A stretch of 64,000 bases of DNA from an uncultured Nitrospirota bacterium (lineage in GTDB: Bacteria; Nitrospirota; Nitrospiria; JACRHA01). The notes under the pieces were generated by a model. It saw only the letters and a list, made by a program, of their open reading frames with translations, was not told where the DNA came from and made no database searches. The stretch is from NCBI GenBank assembly GCA_964481895.1, contig CAYZUL010000003.1, forward strand, positions 9,294 to 73,293. Reading direction: 5' to 3'. Below are positions 8,879 to 20,161 of this stretch, piece after piece. Numbering within the stretch: position 1 is the first letter of the stretch; the number at the start of each line of letters is the position of its first letter. A program made the translations under genes and the position numbers.

Positions 8879-10438
8879 TCAGGAGGGGATTTGACCTTGC
8901 CTGTTTTCGATATACTCCCTGATGCCTTCTAAGAGGGCCTCTGCTATCTTCTGTCTGTAATCATCCTTTCTGAGAAGAGCTTCCTCATAGGGGTTGCTGA
9001 TAAATGAGACCTCAGCTAAGATACTGGGCATATCTGTATGTATAAGGACATAGAATGGCGCCTTCTTCACCCCGAGTTTTACTATATTATACCTCTTATC
9101 CAAAATCCCTGAGAAGGATTCCATTGTAAGGTGGGCGAATTCGAGCGACATTTCTGTGGTAAAATCCTTTGCAAGCTCCTTTAGTATTGCCTGGAGATAG
9201 TTTACATCCTCTTCCGATGTAGAGTTCTCTCTGGCTGCAGTAGCCAGTGCCCTTTTGTCAGAGGGGGCACCCAGGAGATAGACTTCAACACCCCTTGTAT
9301 TTTTCTTAGGGCTTGAATTTGCATGGATAGAAACAAATAGCTCCCCGTTGCTTCCATTTGCCAGCCGGCTTCTTTCGTCTAATGGGATAAATACATCTGT
9401 ATCCCTCGTCATGATGACCCTCTTCCCCATTTTCCTGATAATCATATCCCTTAGTCTAAGCCCGATATCCAGGACCACCTCTTTTTCAGTAAGCCCGCTC
9501 TTTCCGATGGCGCCAGGGTCCTTGCCGCCATGCCCTGGGTCTATTATTATTGTATCTATCTTTTGTGCCGGCTGACTGCTGACCATTTTATCTTTCTTTG
9601 AAGGGGGTTCCTCAGTCGGCTGTAGGGTATTCTTCTTGTTTGTATCTTTGCTGAATATATCTATAACGATCCTTGGCGGCGAGGGAAGGGGGAAGGCCGT
9701 GAATTTTTTCAGGCCATCAAACCAGAAGGAGATGGCAATTGCATCAGGCCCCGTCTCTGAGACCTGAACATTTTTTATTGAAGAATCACTGATCGACTCG
9801 ATCTTGTCCTTAAGTTCTTTGCCAACATAAAGGTTATAGAGGTTCAGGGTAACCCTATTTTCAGACGATGCGGCATGGTCGAACCTTACCAGTGTGTCCA
9901 GATCCAGGACAATCCTGGTATATTTTTGATGTGACCAGTATCTGATGTCCCTTGCCTCCGCCCTGCCGTTAACATCAATATCCTTTATCCTTTCATCTCC
10001 TCCATTCTTTTTGGCTATTTCTTCTATCCTGCTTATCTCTGTCCGGCTAAGCTGATATAGCTCTGAGTCGGGATAATCTGTGGTCACTGTAGAGAACAGT
10101 TCTTTTGCCTTTAGGAGATCCGATCTCTTTCCGGAATACCTGTATAGTCCGAAGTAAAGTCCCGCAGTATGGAATATCGATTTTTCTTTAAGTCCGTTCT
10201 CATTGGTTACAACGGAACTGTTAAGGGAGATAAATTTTCTTATGCATTCCTCCCAGTTTTTCCTGTACTTCTGCTTCTTTTTGGATTCTCTCAGGCTGTT
10301 TTCGCATGATGCTGCTGCATTAAACATTGTTTGGGCAGACCTTTTGGAGACCGTTGTTCCTTGTGAGTCCCGGATAATTGGAGAGAGGATGGTTATGATA
10401 ATAAGGCACAGAATTGTTTTTTGAATCATTCTTTTCAT
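8879..10438 (-). CDS. amiC: N-acetylmuramoyl-L-alanine amidase (Amidase_3, AmiC-like) with signal peptide
   Basis: IIIDPGHGGKDPGAIG...FVSIHANS Amidase_3 motifs. I chose the start at ATG 10438 (MKRMIQKTILCLIIITILS signal peptide) rather than the upstream ATG at 10561. Confidence 0.8.
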   Translation of the reverse strand: MKRMIQKTILCLIIITILSPIIRDSQGTTVSKRSAQTMFNAAASCENSLRESKKKQKYRKNWEECIRKFISLNSSVVTNENGLKEKSIFHTAGLYFGLYRYSGKRSDLLKAKELFSTVTTDYPDSELYQLSRTEISRIEEIAKKNGGDERIKDIDVNGRAEARDIRYWSHQKYTRIVLDLDTLVRFDHAASSENRVTLNLYNLYVGKELKDKIESISDSSIKNVQVSETGPDAIAISFWFDGLKKFTAFPLPSPPRIVIDIFSKDTNKKNTLQPTEEPPSKKDKMVSSQPAQKIDTIIIDPGHGGKDPGAIGKSGLTEKEVVLDIGLRLRDMIIRKMGKRVIMTRDTDVFIPLDERSRLANGSNGELFVSIHANSSPKKNTRGVEVYLLGAPSDKRALATAARENSTSEEDVNYLQAILKELAKDFTTEMSLEFAHLTMESFSGILDKRYNIVKLGVKKAPFYVLIHTDMPSILAEVSFISNPYEEALLRKDDYRQKIAEALLEGIREYIENRQGQIPS

Positions 10439-10597
10439 AGCTGTATGACGGTTAAAGTAAATTAGCTTAACTCCTATCCTTATGTCAATATTGTGCTGCC
10501 GGGCATCTTCCGAGTATCTTGGCTCCTTGACATAAGTATGCAAAAGACTATAATCTATCACGAGAGATTAAAAACCCAAATACTATTTAATATTAAA

Positions 10598-11572
10598 GTG
10601 AATTTTCCAATTTACCGGCCTAGAAGACTACGTCAGACAGAAGATTTAAGGCGGATGGTCAGGGAGACAAGACTATCCGTAGATAATCTTATCTATCCTA
10701 TGTTTGTTGTATGCGGGAAGGGGAAAAAAGAGGAGATTGGGTCTATGCCCGGAGTCTTCAGGTTTTCCGTAGACATGCTCACAAAAGAGGCCCAGGAGGT
10801 AGCCGGCCTTGGAATTCCAGCCGTAATCCTATTCGGGATTCCAGACAGAAAGGACGAAACAGGTTCGGAGGCCTATAACCCGAAGGGGGTTGTGCAGGAG
10901 GCAGTGAGGGCCCTGAAGGACAAGGTAAATGGTTTGACAGTTATAACAGATGTTTGTATTGATGAATATACATCCCACGGTCATTGTGGTCTGGTTAAGG
11001 ATGGGCGTATTTTAAACGATCCTACACTTGAGATCCTGTCCAGGATGGCACTCTCCCACGCAGAGGCGGGCGTGGATATGGTAGCGCCTTCCGATATGAT
11101 GGATGGGAGGGTGGGTTCAATAAGGAATGCCCTTGATGGCAACGGCTTCCATGATATACCTATTATGTCGTATGCCGCAAAGTATGCCTCATCATTCTAT
11201 GGCCCATTCAGGGAGGCGGCGGACTCGACGCCAAAGTTCGGAGACCGGCGTTCATATCAGATGGATCCGCCGAATGCCATAGAGGCATTGCGGGAGGTAG
11301 CTCTGGATATTGAGGAAGGGGCCGATATTATTATGGTAAAGCCGGCCCTGGCATACCTTGATATAATATACCGGGTAAAGACTGAGTATAATTATCCTGT
11401 GGCCGCATATAACGTAAGCGGGGAGTATTCAATGGTCAGGGCTGCTGCAAATTCAGGCTGGCTCGACGGTGATAGGGTAATGATGGAGATCCTTGTTTCT
11501 ATCAGGCGTGCAGGCGCCGATCTTATTCTTACCTATTCTGCCAAGGAAGCGGCAAGAATCTTAAATAAATAA
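10598..11572 (+). CDS. hemB: porphobilinogen synthase (delta-aminolevulinic acid dehydratase)
   Basis: The ORF is open from 10493, but the canonical HemB N-terminus (V/M)[11 protein letters not shown] begins at GTG 10598. Active-site region [14 protein letters not shown] is present. Confidence 0.85.
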   Translation: MNFPIYRPRRLRQTEDLRRMVRETRLSVDNLIYPMFVVCGKGKKEEIGSMPGVFRFSVDMLTKEAQEVAGLGIPAVILFGIPDRKDETGSEAYNPKGVVQEAVRALKDKVNGLTVITDVCIDEYTSHGHCGLVKDGRILNDPTLEILSRMALSHAEAGVDMVAPSDMMDGRVGSIRNALDGNGFHDIPIMSYAAKYASSFYGPFREAADSTPKFGDRRSYQMDPPNAIEALREVALDIEEGADIIMVKPALAYLDIIYRVKTEYNYPVAAYNVSGEYSMVRAAANSGWLDGDRVMMEILVSIRRAGADLILTYSAKEAARILNK

Positions 11573-12516
11573 TGAAAATCATCCATAGCTTTCCGGAAAC
11601 ACGTATAAGCGGCATTCAGCAGGGGCTTGCCTACCCCGTTATTACAATAGGAAACTTTGATGGCGTACACCTGGGCCATCAGGTGATAATGCGGTCAGTG
11701 GTGAAAGAGGCAGAAACAAAGGGTGGTACGGGAATTGTGGTTACATTTGAGCCCCATCCATCCAGGCTGCTTGCACCCAATAGACCTCTTAAGCTTTTAA
11801 CATCTTTTGATGAGAGGATGAGGCTCATAGAGGGGCTTGGGATAGATATGGTAATTTGCGCCAGGTTTGATGAGAAATTTGCACATATGTCTCCCTACGA
11901 GTTTGCTGCAAATATCCTTCATGGAGAGATAGGTGCAAAAGAGATATACGTCGGTGAAGATTTTGCATTCGGCTACAAAAGGAGCGGAAAGATAGATGAT
12001 CTTAAGAAGTACGGGGGGGAATTCGGTTTCAAAGTAGATACGATCCCGCCTGTGATACTGGACGGGGAGAGGGTAAGTTCATCAAGAATCAGGGGGCTTA
12101 TCGGGGACGGAAGGGTAGGGGAGTCTGCAAGGCTTCTTGGGAGATCTTATTCTATAGAGGGTTTGGTTGTTGCAGGAAAAAACAGGGGCAAGGATCTGGG
12201 TTATCCAACGGCAAATGTCAGGCCGCCTGATGAAATGATACCTAAAGATGGTGTCTATGCGGTAAAGGTCACACTTGATGCGGCATCGATGGATGGGGTT
12301 ACTTATATCGGGAATCAGCCTACATTCGGTATTAATGAGAAGATGGTGGAGGTGCATATCTTCAACTTCGATAAGAATCTATATGATAAGAGCATCAGAA
12401 TAACCTTTGTCGAACATATAAGGGATGATGTAACCTTTGAAAACAGGGATCTGCTTATAGGGCAGATTAGGGACGATATCAGGCGTGCAAAGGAATTGCT
12501 CCCTTTTCAGGGATAA
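11572..12516 (+). CDS. ribF: bifunctional riboflavin kinase / FMN adenylyltransferase
   Basis: 314 aa. GNFDGVHLGHQ (FAD synthetase) and a C-terminal riboflavin kinase domain. Confidence 0.9.
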   Translation: MKIIHSFPETRISGIQQGLAYPVITIGNFDGVHLGHQVIMRSVVKEAETKGGTGIVVTFEPHPSRLLAPNRPLKLLTSFDERMRLIEGLGIDMVICARFDEKFAHMSPYEFAANILHGEIGAKEIYVGEDFAFGYKRSGKIDDLKKYGGEFGFKVDTIPPVILDGERVSSSRIRGLIGDGRVGESARLLGRSYSIEGLVVAGKNRGKDLGYPTANVRPPDEMIPKDGVYAVKVTLDAASMDGVTYIGNQPTFGINEKMVEVHIFNFDKNLYDKSIRITFVEHIRDDVTFENRDLLIGQIRDDIRRAKELLPFQG

Positions 12517-12538
12517 ACAAGGGGTATCAGGACAAGCT

Positions 12539-13999
12539 ATGTCAAGGATATTAAGTAGTATGCGATTAGAGCCGATAATAAGTAAGGTGAAAGGGGAGAT
12601 AGTAAGAAATAGTCTGATTTTGGCAGGGGATAAGGTTGTTGTCGCCCTCTCAGGGGGCCCTGATTCTATGGCCATGCTCCATATATTGAGGGGGCTTATT
12701 CAAGAGTTGGATATAAGTCTCCACATTGCCCATCTGGATCATCAGTTCAGGGGCCTTCAATCCCAAAAGGATTCGGAATTCATAAGGAACTACGCGGATA
12801 GATTATGCCTTCCGGCAACAATTGAATCGATCGATGTGCCGTCTTTTGCAAGGAAAAATCGACTTTCCGCCCAGGCGGCCGCAAGGGAGATCAGATATGA
12901 ATTTCTCTTTAAGGTGGCCAGGGATGTTGGGGGGACAAAGATAGCCCTTGGACATACCTCGAATGACCAGGCAGAGACTATTTTGGCCAGAATACTTAGG
13001 GGGGCCGGCTCCAGGGGGCTCTCTGGTATCCCGGTTTATGGTAGGGGGACGATAATCAGGCCGCTCCTCTCTGTATCAAGGGCGGAGATAATTGATTATC
13101 TGAACCAATCGAATATCCCTTTCATTAATGACCCGACAAATGAGAAACCGATCTATCTCAGAAACAGGATAAGACATGAACTGCTGCCTCTTTTGGCTGA
13201 AAGATACAGCCCCGGCATATACGATATCTTAAACAGGGAGGCAGAAATATTATGCATGGAGAATGATTTTCTCTCCAAATATTCATCCGGTATCCTGGAT
13301 AATATTGTCAGTGATCATGGGGAGCGGGGTCTTGAGCTTGATCTTGGACTTTTTTCGCTGCTCCACACTGCTGTCAAAAGGAGGGTGATCCTTGAGGCCG
13401 TGAGGCGTGTCAAGGGGGATACTGATAATATCGGTTTTGTTCAGATAGAAGAGACCCTCCGGATGGCGGATAATGGAAGGACAGGGGCTGTCATAACATT
13501 CCCTGGCCAGGTCAGGATTAGAAGGGGATATAACCGGATTGTTGTCTCTTTTGGCGGGGATTTAGTCGACCCGGCAAGGTGGTCTGCTTTGCGTGTTGGC
13601 GAAGAGTGGAGTTTTGCCCTGCCTGTACCAGGAAGGGTTAATCTGAAACCATCATTAATGGAGATAGAGACCTCAATTATAGATGGTCCATGTATCTATA
13701 GCGGAGGGGACGGCAAAGGCGCCTCCTTTGACCTTGACATGTTTTCTTCTCCACTTACCATACGAAACAGGAGGAGGGGAGATGTCCTTTATCCCCTTGG
13801 GATGGGCGGAAAGAAAAAGAAGCTGCATGATATATTTATTGACATGAAGATATCATTTGAGGAAAGAGGGGGGATACCCCTGCTGGTATCTCCGGAAGGG
13901 ATCCTCTGGGTCATGGGTGTAAGGCAGGATGATAGGTTTAAGGTCAGGGATGGTGCAAAGAGGACACTCCTGGTAAAAATTCTGAAGGGAGGAGAATAG
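12539..13999 (+). CDS. tilS: tRNA(Ile)-lysidine synthetase
   Basis: PP-loop VVVALSGGPDSMAMLHIL. Start taken at ATG 12539 to avoid overlap with ribF (the ORF is open from 12485). tilS-hpt-ftsH synteny supports the call. Confidence 0.85.
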   Translation: MSRILSSMRLEPIISKVKGEIVRNSLILAGDKVVVALSGGPDSMAMLHILRGLIQELDISLHIAHLDHQFRGLQSQKDSEFIRNYADRLCLPATIESIDVPSFARKNRLSAQAAAREIRYEFLFKVARDVGGTKIALGHTSNDQAETILARILRGAGSRGLSGIPVYGRGTIIRPLLSVSRAEIIDYLNQSNIPFINDPTNEKPIYLRNRIRHELLPLLAERYSPGIYDILNREAEILCMENDFLSKYSSGILDNIVSDHGERGLELDLGLFSLLHTAVKRRVILEAVRRVKGDTDNIGFVQIEETLRMADNGRTGAVITFPGQVRIRRGYNRIVVSFGGDLVDPARWSALRVGEEWSFALPVPGRVNLKPSLMEIETSIIDGPCIYSGGDGKGASFDLDMFSSPLTIRNRRRGDVLYPLGMGGKKKKLHDIFIDMKISFEERGGIPLLVSPEGILWVMGVRQDDRFKVRDGAKRTLLVKILKGGE

Positions 14000-14000
14000 A

Positions 14001-14540
14001 ATGGCAGAGCGCATCTTTGGAAAACCGATAATAACGCAGGTTGAGATGCAGAGGAGGATAAAGGAACTAGGCAGGCGTATATCGATAGATTATGAAGGAA
14101 AAGATCTGCTTGTGGTCGGTGTATTAAAGGGCGCCTTTGCCTTCTTTGCTGACCTCATAAGGGCCATAAGGCTGCCGGTAAGGGTCGATTTTATAATGGT
14201 CTCGAGCTATGGGGTTAAGAGTAAGCCTGCCGGAAGGGTAAAGGTGATATCTGATCTTACAGCAGATATAGCAGGACAGGATGTGCTCATTGTTGAGGAT
14301 ATTGTTGATTCCGGGCTTACTGTCAACTCCCTGAAGAAGAACCTCATTTCCCGCAGACCCAAATCTCTTAAGTTTTGTGCACTTCTGGATAAGCAGGAGA
14401 GGAGAAAGATAGATGTTGTGATTGACTATGTGGGCTTCAAGATACCGAATAAATATGTGGTTGGTTACGGACTGGATTATCAGGATAAGTATAGAAACCT
14501 GCCTTACATAGCTGTGCTGGAGAATGTTGATGAGGAGTAG
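14001..14540 (+). CDS. hpt: hypoxanthine phosphoribosyltransferase
   Basis: 179 aa. PRPP-binding VLIVEDIVDSGLT. Confidence 0.9.
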   Translation: MAERIFGKPIITQVEMQRRIKELGRRISIDYEGKDLLVVGVLKGAFAFFADLIRAIRLPVRVDFIMVSSYGVKSKPAGRVKVISDLTADIAGQDVLIVEDIVDSGLTVNSLKKNLISRRPKSLKFCALLDKQERRKIDVVIDYVGFKIPNKYVVGYGLDYQDKYRNLPYIAVLENVDEE

Positions 14541-14552
14541 GCGGCCTATTAC

Positions 14553-14774
14553 AGGGGCTTGCGTCGCCCCCTCCACAGGCAAAGCCGAAGCGAGCATCCG
14601 GCTCGGCCGGTGCAAGCGCGGGGTGTGGGGGCATCGGAGGAGCCACTGCACCGGACAGGCCCCCACAGTTGATCGCCGCCTCCCCCTCAACGCTTGCCTG
14701 GCTCGCTGGATAGATCTAAAGGGTCTTGCGTCGCCTCGCCCCTACAACTCAACGCTCGCTTTGCTCGCTGGGGG
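14553..14774. repeat. GC-rich intergenic repeat, copy B (reverse orientation, with ~100-nt GC-rich insertion)
   Basis: AGGGGCTTGCGTCGCCCCCTCCAC...GCCTCCCCCTCAACGCTTGCCTGGCTCGCTGGATAGATCTAAAGGG is the reverse complement of copy A units. Confidence 0.8.
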
Positions 14775-14911
14775 TCCATGTTACCTGATGTTATCTAGAT
14801 ATTGTCATACAATAGAAAGTATGTTAGAATTTTTCCTAAAAGAATTTTTGGTGAAGAGCCTTGGCCTCAAGGCCAGGCAGGCATGATAAGATTATTTTTG
14901 GAGGAATTAGC

Positions 14912-16717
14912 TTGAAATCACGGAATAAATATTGGGTCCTCTGGGTGGTAGTCGGGTTATTTATGATACTCCTTTTTAATCTGTTTACTTTCATAGCCCC
15001 GTCCCAGGAAGAGGAGCTGGTGTTCAGTGATTTCATGAATAAACTTGAGGCCTCTGAAGTTGCCGAGGTTGTTATTAAGCAGAATCATATTAGTGGTCTC
15101 CTGAAGGATGGGAAGAAGTTTAAGACCTATACAACAGATTATCCGGACCTGGTGAAGATACTTCGTGAAAAGCATGTCAAGATAATTGCCAGGCCGCCTG
15201 ATGAGAATCCATGGTATATAGCTTTTCTGGTCACATGGGGGCCGCTCATCTTTGTAATAGCCCTCTGGTTCTTCCTGATGAGACAGATGCAGATGGGGGG
15301 AAACAAGGCGCTCTCTTTTGGAAAGAGCAGGGCAAGGCTTCTTGCTGAGGAAAAGAAGAAGATCACCTTTGCAGATGTAGCCGGGATAGATGAGGCAAAG
15401 GAAGAGGTCACCGAGATCATAGAGTTTTTGAAAGATCCCCACAAGTTCCAGAAGCTTGGAGGCAGGATTCCGAAGGGTGTTCTTATTGTCGGTCCGCCGG
15501 GCACAGGAAAAACCCTTCTGGCAAAGGCTATAGCCGGCGAGGCCGGAGTGCCTTTTTTCAGTATCAGCGGCTCTGATTTTGTAGAGATGTTTGTCGGTGT
15601 CGGGGCCTCAAGGGTGAGAGACCTCTTTGAGCAGGGAAGGAAGAACGCACCCTGCATAATATTCATCGATGAGATAGATGCTGTGGGCCGTTTGCGCGGT
15701 GCAGGTCTTGGCGGCGGACACGATGAAAGGGAACAGACCCTAAACCAGCTCTTAGTTGAGATGGATGGTTTTGAGACCAGTGAGGGTGTCATCCTGATCG
15801 CTGCAACAAACAGACCTGATGTGCTTGATCCAGCCCTGCTCAGGCCAGGAAGGTTCGACAGACAGATAGTCGTCTCAAGGCCTGATGTGAAAGGGAGACT
15901 GGAGATACTCAATGTCCATACAAAGAAGATACCCCTTCCCAAGGAAATGGATCTTGAGGTAATTGCAAGGGGGACACCAGGTTTTTCAGGTGCAGATCTG
16001 GAGAATCTCGTAAATGAGGCGGCGCTTCTTGCCGCAAGGAAGAATAAAAAGGCTGTAGAGATTGACGACTTCGAGTTTGCCAAGGATAAGGTGCTTATGG
16101 GCGTTGAGAGGAAGAGTTTAATAATCAGCGACGCAGAGAAGAGAAATACAGCCTATCACGAGGCCGGTCATGCGCTTGTGGCCAAGATACTCCCCGGCAC
16201 GGATCCTGTCCATAAGGTGACTATAATACCCAGAGGAAGGGCGCTTGGGGTTACCATGCAGCTTCCCACGGATGACAGATATAACTATCCGAAGGAATTT
16301 CTATACAACACCATTGCCATACTCTTAGGCGGAAGGGTTGCAGAGGAGGTCTTCTTAAAGCATATAACAACCGGGGCAGGGAATGATATTGAAAGGGCGA
16401 CTGAACTTGCGAGGAAGATGGTCTGTGAGTGGGGGATGAGCGAGAAGATGGGCCCGCTTACATTCGGCAAGAAGGAGGAGGAGATCTTTCTGGGCCGCGA
16501 GATAGCAAAGCATAGGGATTATAGCGAAACTACTGCCATAGATATAGATAATGAGGTAAAGCGCCTGGTATTTGAGAACTATGAGCGGGCAAAGGATATA
16601 ATTATAAAAAATATGAATGCCTTAAAGGGTATTGCTGAGGCCCTTTTGGAAAGGGAGGTGCTTGATGCGCAGGAGATCGACAAGATCATAAGCGAGGCAG
16701 CGCCATCTTTAACCTAA
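14912..16717 (+). CDS. ftsH: ATP-dependent zinc metalloprotease FtsH
   Basis: Walker [12 protein letters not shown] motif and HEAGH zinc site. Likely TTG start at 14912, preceded by GGAGGA at 14900-14905 (the ORF is open from 14861). Confidence 0.93.
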   Translation: MKSRNKYWVLWVVVGLFMILLFNLFTFIAPSQEEELVFSDFMNKLEASEVAEVVIKQNHISGLLKDGKKFKTYTTDYPDLVKILREKHVKIIARPPDENPWYIAFLVTWGPLIFVIALWFFLMRQMQMGGNKALSFGKSRARLLAEEKKKITFADVAGIDEAKEEVTEIIEFLKDPHKFQKLGGRIPKGVLIVGPPGTGKTLLAKAIAGEAGVPFFSISGSDFVEMFVGVGASRVRDLFEQGRKNAPCIIFIDEIDAVGRLRGAGLGGGHDEREQTLNQLLVEMDGFETSEGVILIAATNRPDVLDPALLRPGRFDRQIVVSRPDVKGRLEILNVHTKKIPLPKEMDLEVIARGTPGFSGADLENLVNEAALLAARKNKKAVEIDDFEFAKDKVLMGVERKSLIISDAEKRNTAYHEAGHALVAKILPGTDPVHKVTIIPRGRALGVTMQLPTDDRYNYPKEFLYNTIAILLGGRVAEEVFLKHITTGAGNDIERATELARKMVCEWGMSEKMGPLTFGKKEEEIFLGREIAKHRDYSETTAIDIDNEVKRLVFENYERAKDIIIKNMNALKGIAEALLEREVLDAQEIDKIISEAAPSLT

Positions 16718-16873
16718 GATATGTATCTGCTATTTTAATTGCACCTACACTGCCTCCCTTCCAAAAAATAAAAAAAATCATGACCTTAAAAAAGTTTAGC
16801 TGATTTATTTCTATTCGCTTTTTTATTGCAGGATTGTCTTCGATCACGAACAATTTTCCGATGGAGAGGAGAT

Positions 16874-18070
16874 ATGGGTCACGTAAGAATATTAAAGATG
16901 GACGATGTGGAATTAATGCTCTCAAGACTCAGTCGTGAAGGCATAACCGTGTCCCAGGAAGAGATCAATAAGATTGTCCCTAAGAGATGTATCCTCCTGG
17001 TCGAGACCAGGAACCAGGATACGGTCAATATGCTTAAAAAAGAGATGCTCTTTCATGGCGGATCAGTATACTACGGGGATGGAAAGGGTCTGCTCCTTTC
17101 CGGAAGACAGGATTCCTTCATGCTGCTCGCAGAGAGCATGGAGGGGGTCGGCGAAGAGGTATCCGAAGTAGCCCTTGAGATCAGGGATTCCATAGTCAGA
17201 TACTCAAGAAGGGATTTCGTGTTGAGCGGAAGGGGTTTTAGTTTCGACCTTTCCACCAGAACCCATGTAATGGGGATATTGAATGTAACCCCGGATTCGT
17301 TCTCAGATGGCGGTCTCTTCGTGGAAGAAGAAAAGGCAGTAGCCCATGCAAAAAAGATGGTAGAAGAGGGTGCAGATATTTTAGATATTGGCGGCGAATC
17401 GACAAGGCCTGGCTCAAAGCCTGTTGCTGCGGAAGAAGAAATAAGGAGGATCATCCCCTTAATCGAGAGGCTTTCAAATGAGATAGATGTGCCCATTTCA
17501 ATCGATACATATAAATCCGAGGTTGCCAGGGCGGCGCTTGATGCCGGAGCAAGGATCATAAATGATATAAGCGGTCTCAGGTTTGATCAGGATATGGCGG
17601 GCCTGGCAGCCGAGAAGGAGGCGCCTGTCATCATAATGCATATGAAGGGAACCCCACAGGAGATGCAGGATGCACCTTCATACGATTCTGTTATGGGAGA
17701 GATCTATTCCTTCCTGAAGGAGAGGATTGACTATGCAATCTCTGCCGGTATAAGGCATGATAAGATAGTCATTGATCCTGGCATAGGATTCGGAAAGAAG
17801 GTCTCCGACAACCTTATGATATTAGATGCAATTGACGAACTAAGGGGTCTTGGATGTCCGATTCTCCTTGGTACATCGAGGAAATCTTTTATAGGTAAGA
17901 TACTTGATCTCCGGGAAGGAGAAAGGGTTGTAGGGACCGCTGCTACAGCGGCAGCAGGGATATTAAAGGGGGTCCATATCCTCCGTGTCCATGATGTGGG
18001 GCCTATGGTCCAGGTTGCCAGGATGATAGATGCCATAAAAAATAATAGCAGACATGAACATGGTAGTTGA
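16874..18070 (+). CDS. folP: dihydropteroate synthase with ~130-aa N-terminal extension of unknown function
   Basis: GILNVTPDSFSDGG...DIGGESTRPG pterin-binding domain in the C-terminal two-thirds. Start at ATG 16874 with RBS GGAGAGGAG (the ORF is open from 16826). Confidence 0.85.
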   Translation: MGHVRILKMDDVELMLSRLSREGITVSQEEINKIVPKRCILLVETRNQDTVNMLKKEMLFHGGSVYYGDGKGLLLSGRQDSFMLLAESMEGVGEEVSEVALEIRDSIVRYSRRDFVLSGRGFSFDLSTRTHVMGILNVTPDSFSDGGLFVEEEKAVAHAKKMVEEGADILDIGGESTRPGSKPVAAEEEIRRIIPLIERLSNEIDVPISIDTYKSEVARAALDAGARIINDISGLRFDQDMAGLAAEKEAPVIIMHMKGTPQEMQDAPSYDSVMGEIYSFLKERIDYAISAGIRHDKIVIDPGIGFGKKVSDNLMILDAIDELRGLGCPILLGTSRKSFIGKILDLREGERVVGTAATAAAGILKGVHILRVHDVGPMVQVARMIDAIKNNSRHEHGS

Positions 18071-18881
18071 GATTATACGGAACATAAGGTGGCAGGATAT
18101 ACTGGATATACTCCTTGTTGCCTTTATAATCTACAGGCTGATATTGATTATAAAGGGGACACGGACTTTTCAGATGCTTGCCGGCCTTGCCGTACTCCTG
18201 TTGGTCCTTATTGTATCCAGGTGGATAGAACTACATACTATGGACTGGATCTTTACAAGGCTCTGGTCCCAGATTGTAATCGTACTTATCATACTGTTTC
18301 AGCCGGAGATAAGAAGGGCGCTTGCACAAATGGGGAAGAACCCCTTTAGTAGTATTACGCCGATGGAGGAATTTAAGACCCTTGAGGAGATTGTGAAGGC
18401 CTCTGTCTCTCTTGCAAATAAGAAGATAGGTGGAATTATTGTCCTTGAACGGGAGATAGACCTGAGTGAGATAGTGGAGATGGGGATACAGCTTGACGCA
18501 AAGGTCTCAAAGGAGATCTTAAATGTCATCTTTCTTCCTCAATCGCCGATACATGACGGTGCAGTGATTATAAAAGGGAACCGCATCGTTGCGGCAGGCT
18601 GTTTCCTTCCCTTGAGTCTAAGCCCTGATATAAGCAAGATATTCGGTACGCGTCACAGGGCGGCCATGGGCATAACAGAAGAGACCGATGCAGTGGCAAT
18701 AGCATTATCGGAGGAGATGGGGACGATTTCAGTGATAATCGGCGGGAAGATGACCAGGGAGGTAGATGCGGCCACACTCCGGAGGATTCTCACCAAGATC
18801 TTCATCAAAGAGATGAAAAAAGATGGCGTGCCGATAATTCAAAGATTAAGGGATCTCTTCCCTGAAAGGACTGCAAAATAA
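18054..18881 (+). CDS. cdaA: diadenylate cyclase CdaA (c-di-AMP synthase), membrane-anchored
   Basis: 275 aa. Three N-terminal TM helices, then a DAC domain (DGAVIIKGNRIVAAGCFLPLS...TRHRAAMGITEETDAVAIALSEE). Confidence 0.85.
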   Translation: MNMVVEIIRNIRWQDILDILLVAFIIYRLILIIKGTRTFQMLAGLAVLLLVLIVSRWIELHTMDWIFTRLWSQIVIVLIILFQPEIRRALAQMGKNPFSSITPMEEFKTLEEIVKASVSLANKKIGGIIVLEREIDLSEIVEMGIQLDAKVSKEILNVIFLPQSPIHDGAVIIKGNRIVAAGCFLPLSLSPDISKIFGTRHRAAMGITEETDAVAIALSEEMGTISVIIGGKMTREVDAATLRRILTKIFIKEMKKDGVPIIQRLRDLFPERTAK

Positions 18882-18901
18882 CAGGTGTTATACTATTTTT
18901 T

Positions 18902-19999
18902 TTAATTGGAAATATTTGAGGAAGGTGAAAATCCATCGAGCCTGCTTATTCCGCCTATTGCTCCAAACCACCTATATCCCTCCCTGTCTATGGCAACAGT
19001 AAAGAGGCTTTCTCCCACCAAACCATCTTTTCCTTTGAAACTAAGCCACTTCTCTCCATCCAGCATGCTGACCCCTCCTTCAGTGGCAGCCCATAAGCCT
19101 CCGTCCTTATCTATTGTGATGTCTGAGATGAAATTTCCTGCCAATCCATCTCTTACAGAGTAGTTTTTCCATCCATTTCCGTCAAACCTGCTTATCCCTG
19201 CACCCCATGTACCGAACCATTTGTTATTGTTTGAGTCTACTGCTATTGAAAGTACAAAGTTAGGATTATATCCCTCCACTGATTTCTCAGGCTCCTGGGC
19301 GTGATACCTGCTCTTTACCTCTGTCCTTTCATAATCCCCTATCTCCTTTTTGTTTGCCCCAAGACCATTTTCATGGTTATAATTTTTCCAAATATTTCCG
19401 TCGAAGCTGCTTACGCCTGCCTCTGTGCCAAACCATTTAATCCCAGTCTTATCTATAGCCTCTGCGTATACCCATTCATCAGGAAGGCCGTCTTCAACTG
19501 AGTATGATCTCCATCCCCTCCCGTCGAATATACTCACACCCTTCCAATTTGCAACCCACATAGACCCGTCACTATCCCAGACGATATCGTAGACATAGGG
19601 GTCAGCAAGGTCAGGGACTGTATATGTCTTAAAAGACTTACCATCAAATTTTGTCAGCCCTCCCCCATGGGTCCCAATCCACTTGGCGCCATCCTTGCCG
19701 ATCTTAATTGTGGTTATTGCATTTGATATCAAACCGTTCTTCGTATCATACCTCTCTGTTATCCTGTCTTTTATCCTGTCATATTTTAGGAGACCCTTGT
19801 CAGTACCAACCCAGATAAAATGCTCCTCGAAGGCAAGGGCATACACATTACCATTTATCTGATAGTTGGTCCAGACAGGCTTCTGAGAATATAATGACCT
19901 ACCCTGGTCCTTCTTTGCGCACCCTTGAAAGATAAAATAGGTGAGGATCAAAAATAAAAGAATTGATATAAACTTGTAACCGTTGTAAGAATTGAACAT
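18902..19999 (-). CDS. lipoprotein with two-component-regulator propeller (Reg_prop) repeats
   Basis: Lipobox FQGC after a signal peptide. Repeated WIGTxxGGLxKFDG / WFGTWGAGISRFDG beta-propeller blades. Confidence 0.7.
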   Translation of the reverse strand: MFNSYNGYKFISILLFLILTYFIFQGCAKKDQGRSLYSQKPVWTNYQINGNVYALAFEEHFIWVGTDKGLLKYDRIKDRITERYDTKNGLISNAITTIKIGKDGAKWIGTHGGGLTKFDGKSFKTYTVPDLADPYVYDIVWDSDGSMWVANWKGVSIFDGRGWRSYSVEDGLPDEWVYAEAIDKTGIKWFGTEAGVSSFDGNIWKNYNHENGLGANKKEIGDYERTEVKSRYHAQEPEKSVEGYNPNFVLSIAVDSNNNKWFGTWGAGISRFDGNGWKNYSVRDGLAGNFISDITIDKDGGLWAATEGGVSMLDGEKWLSFKGKDGLVGESLFTVAIDREGYRWFGAIGGISRLDGFSPSSNISN

Positions 20000-20161
20000 T
20001 TAAGGCCTTTTAGAATAAGGTTATACCCCACCTAGGAAGCATATGTCAAGCCGATGCACTCTGTAGTGCATATGTTACAAACAAGAGAGGAAAACTTCCT
20101 AAGCCTCTTGTAGTAATACTCTATTCCGTAGGGCAACAGTGCAGTATGATATAATAAAAAA

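Noticed and set aside
15139-16083. 314-aa minus-strand ORF
   Set aside because: Antisense shadow of ftsH (Ser/Pro/Ala-rich) with no recognisable domain.
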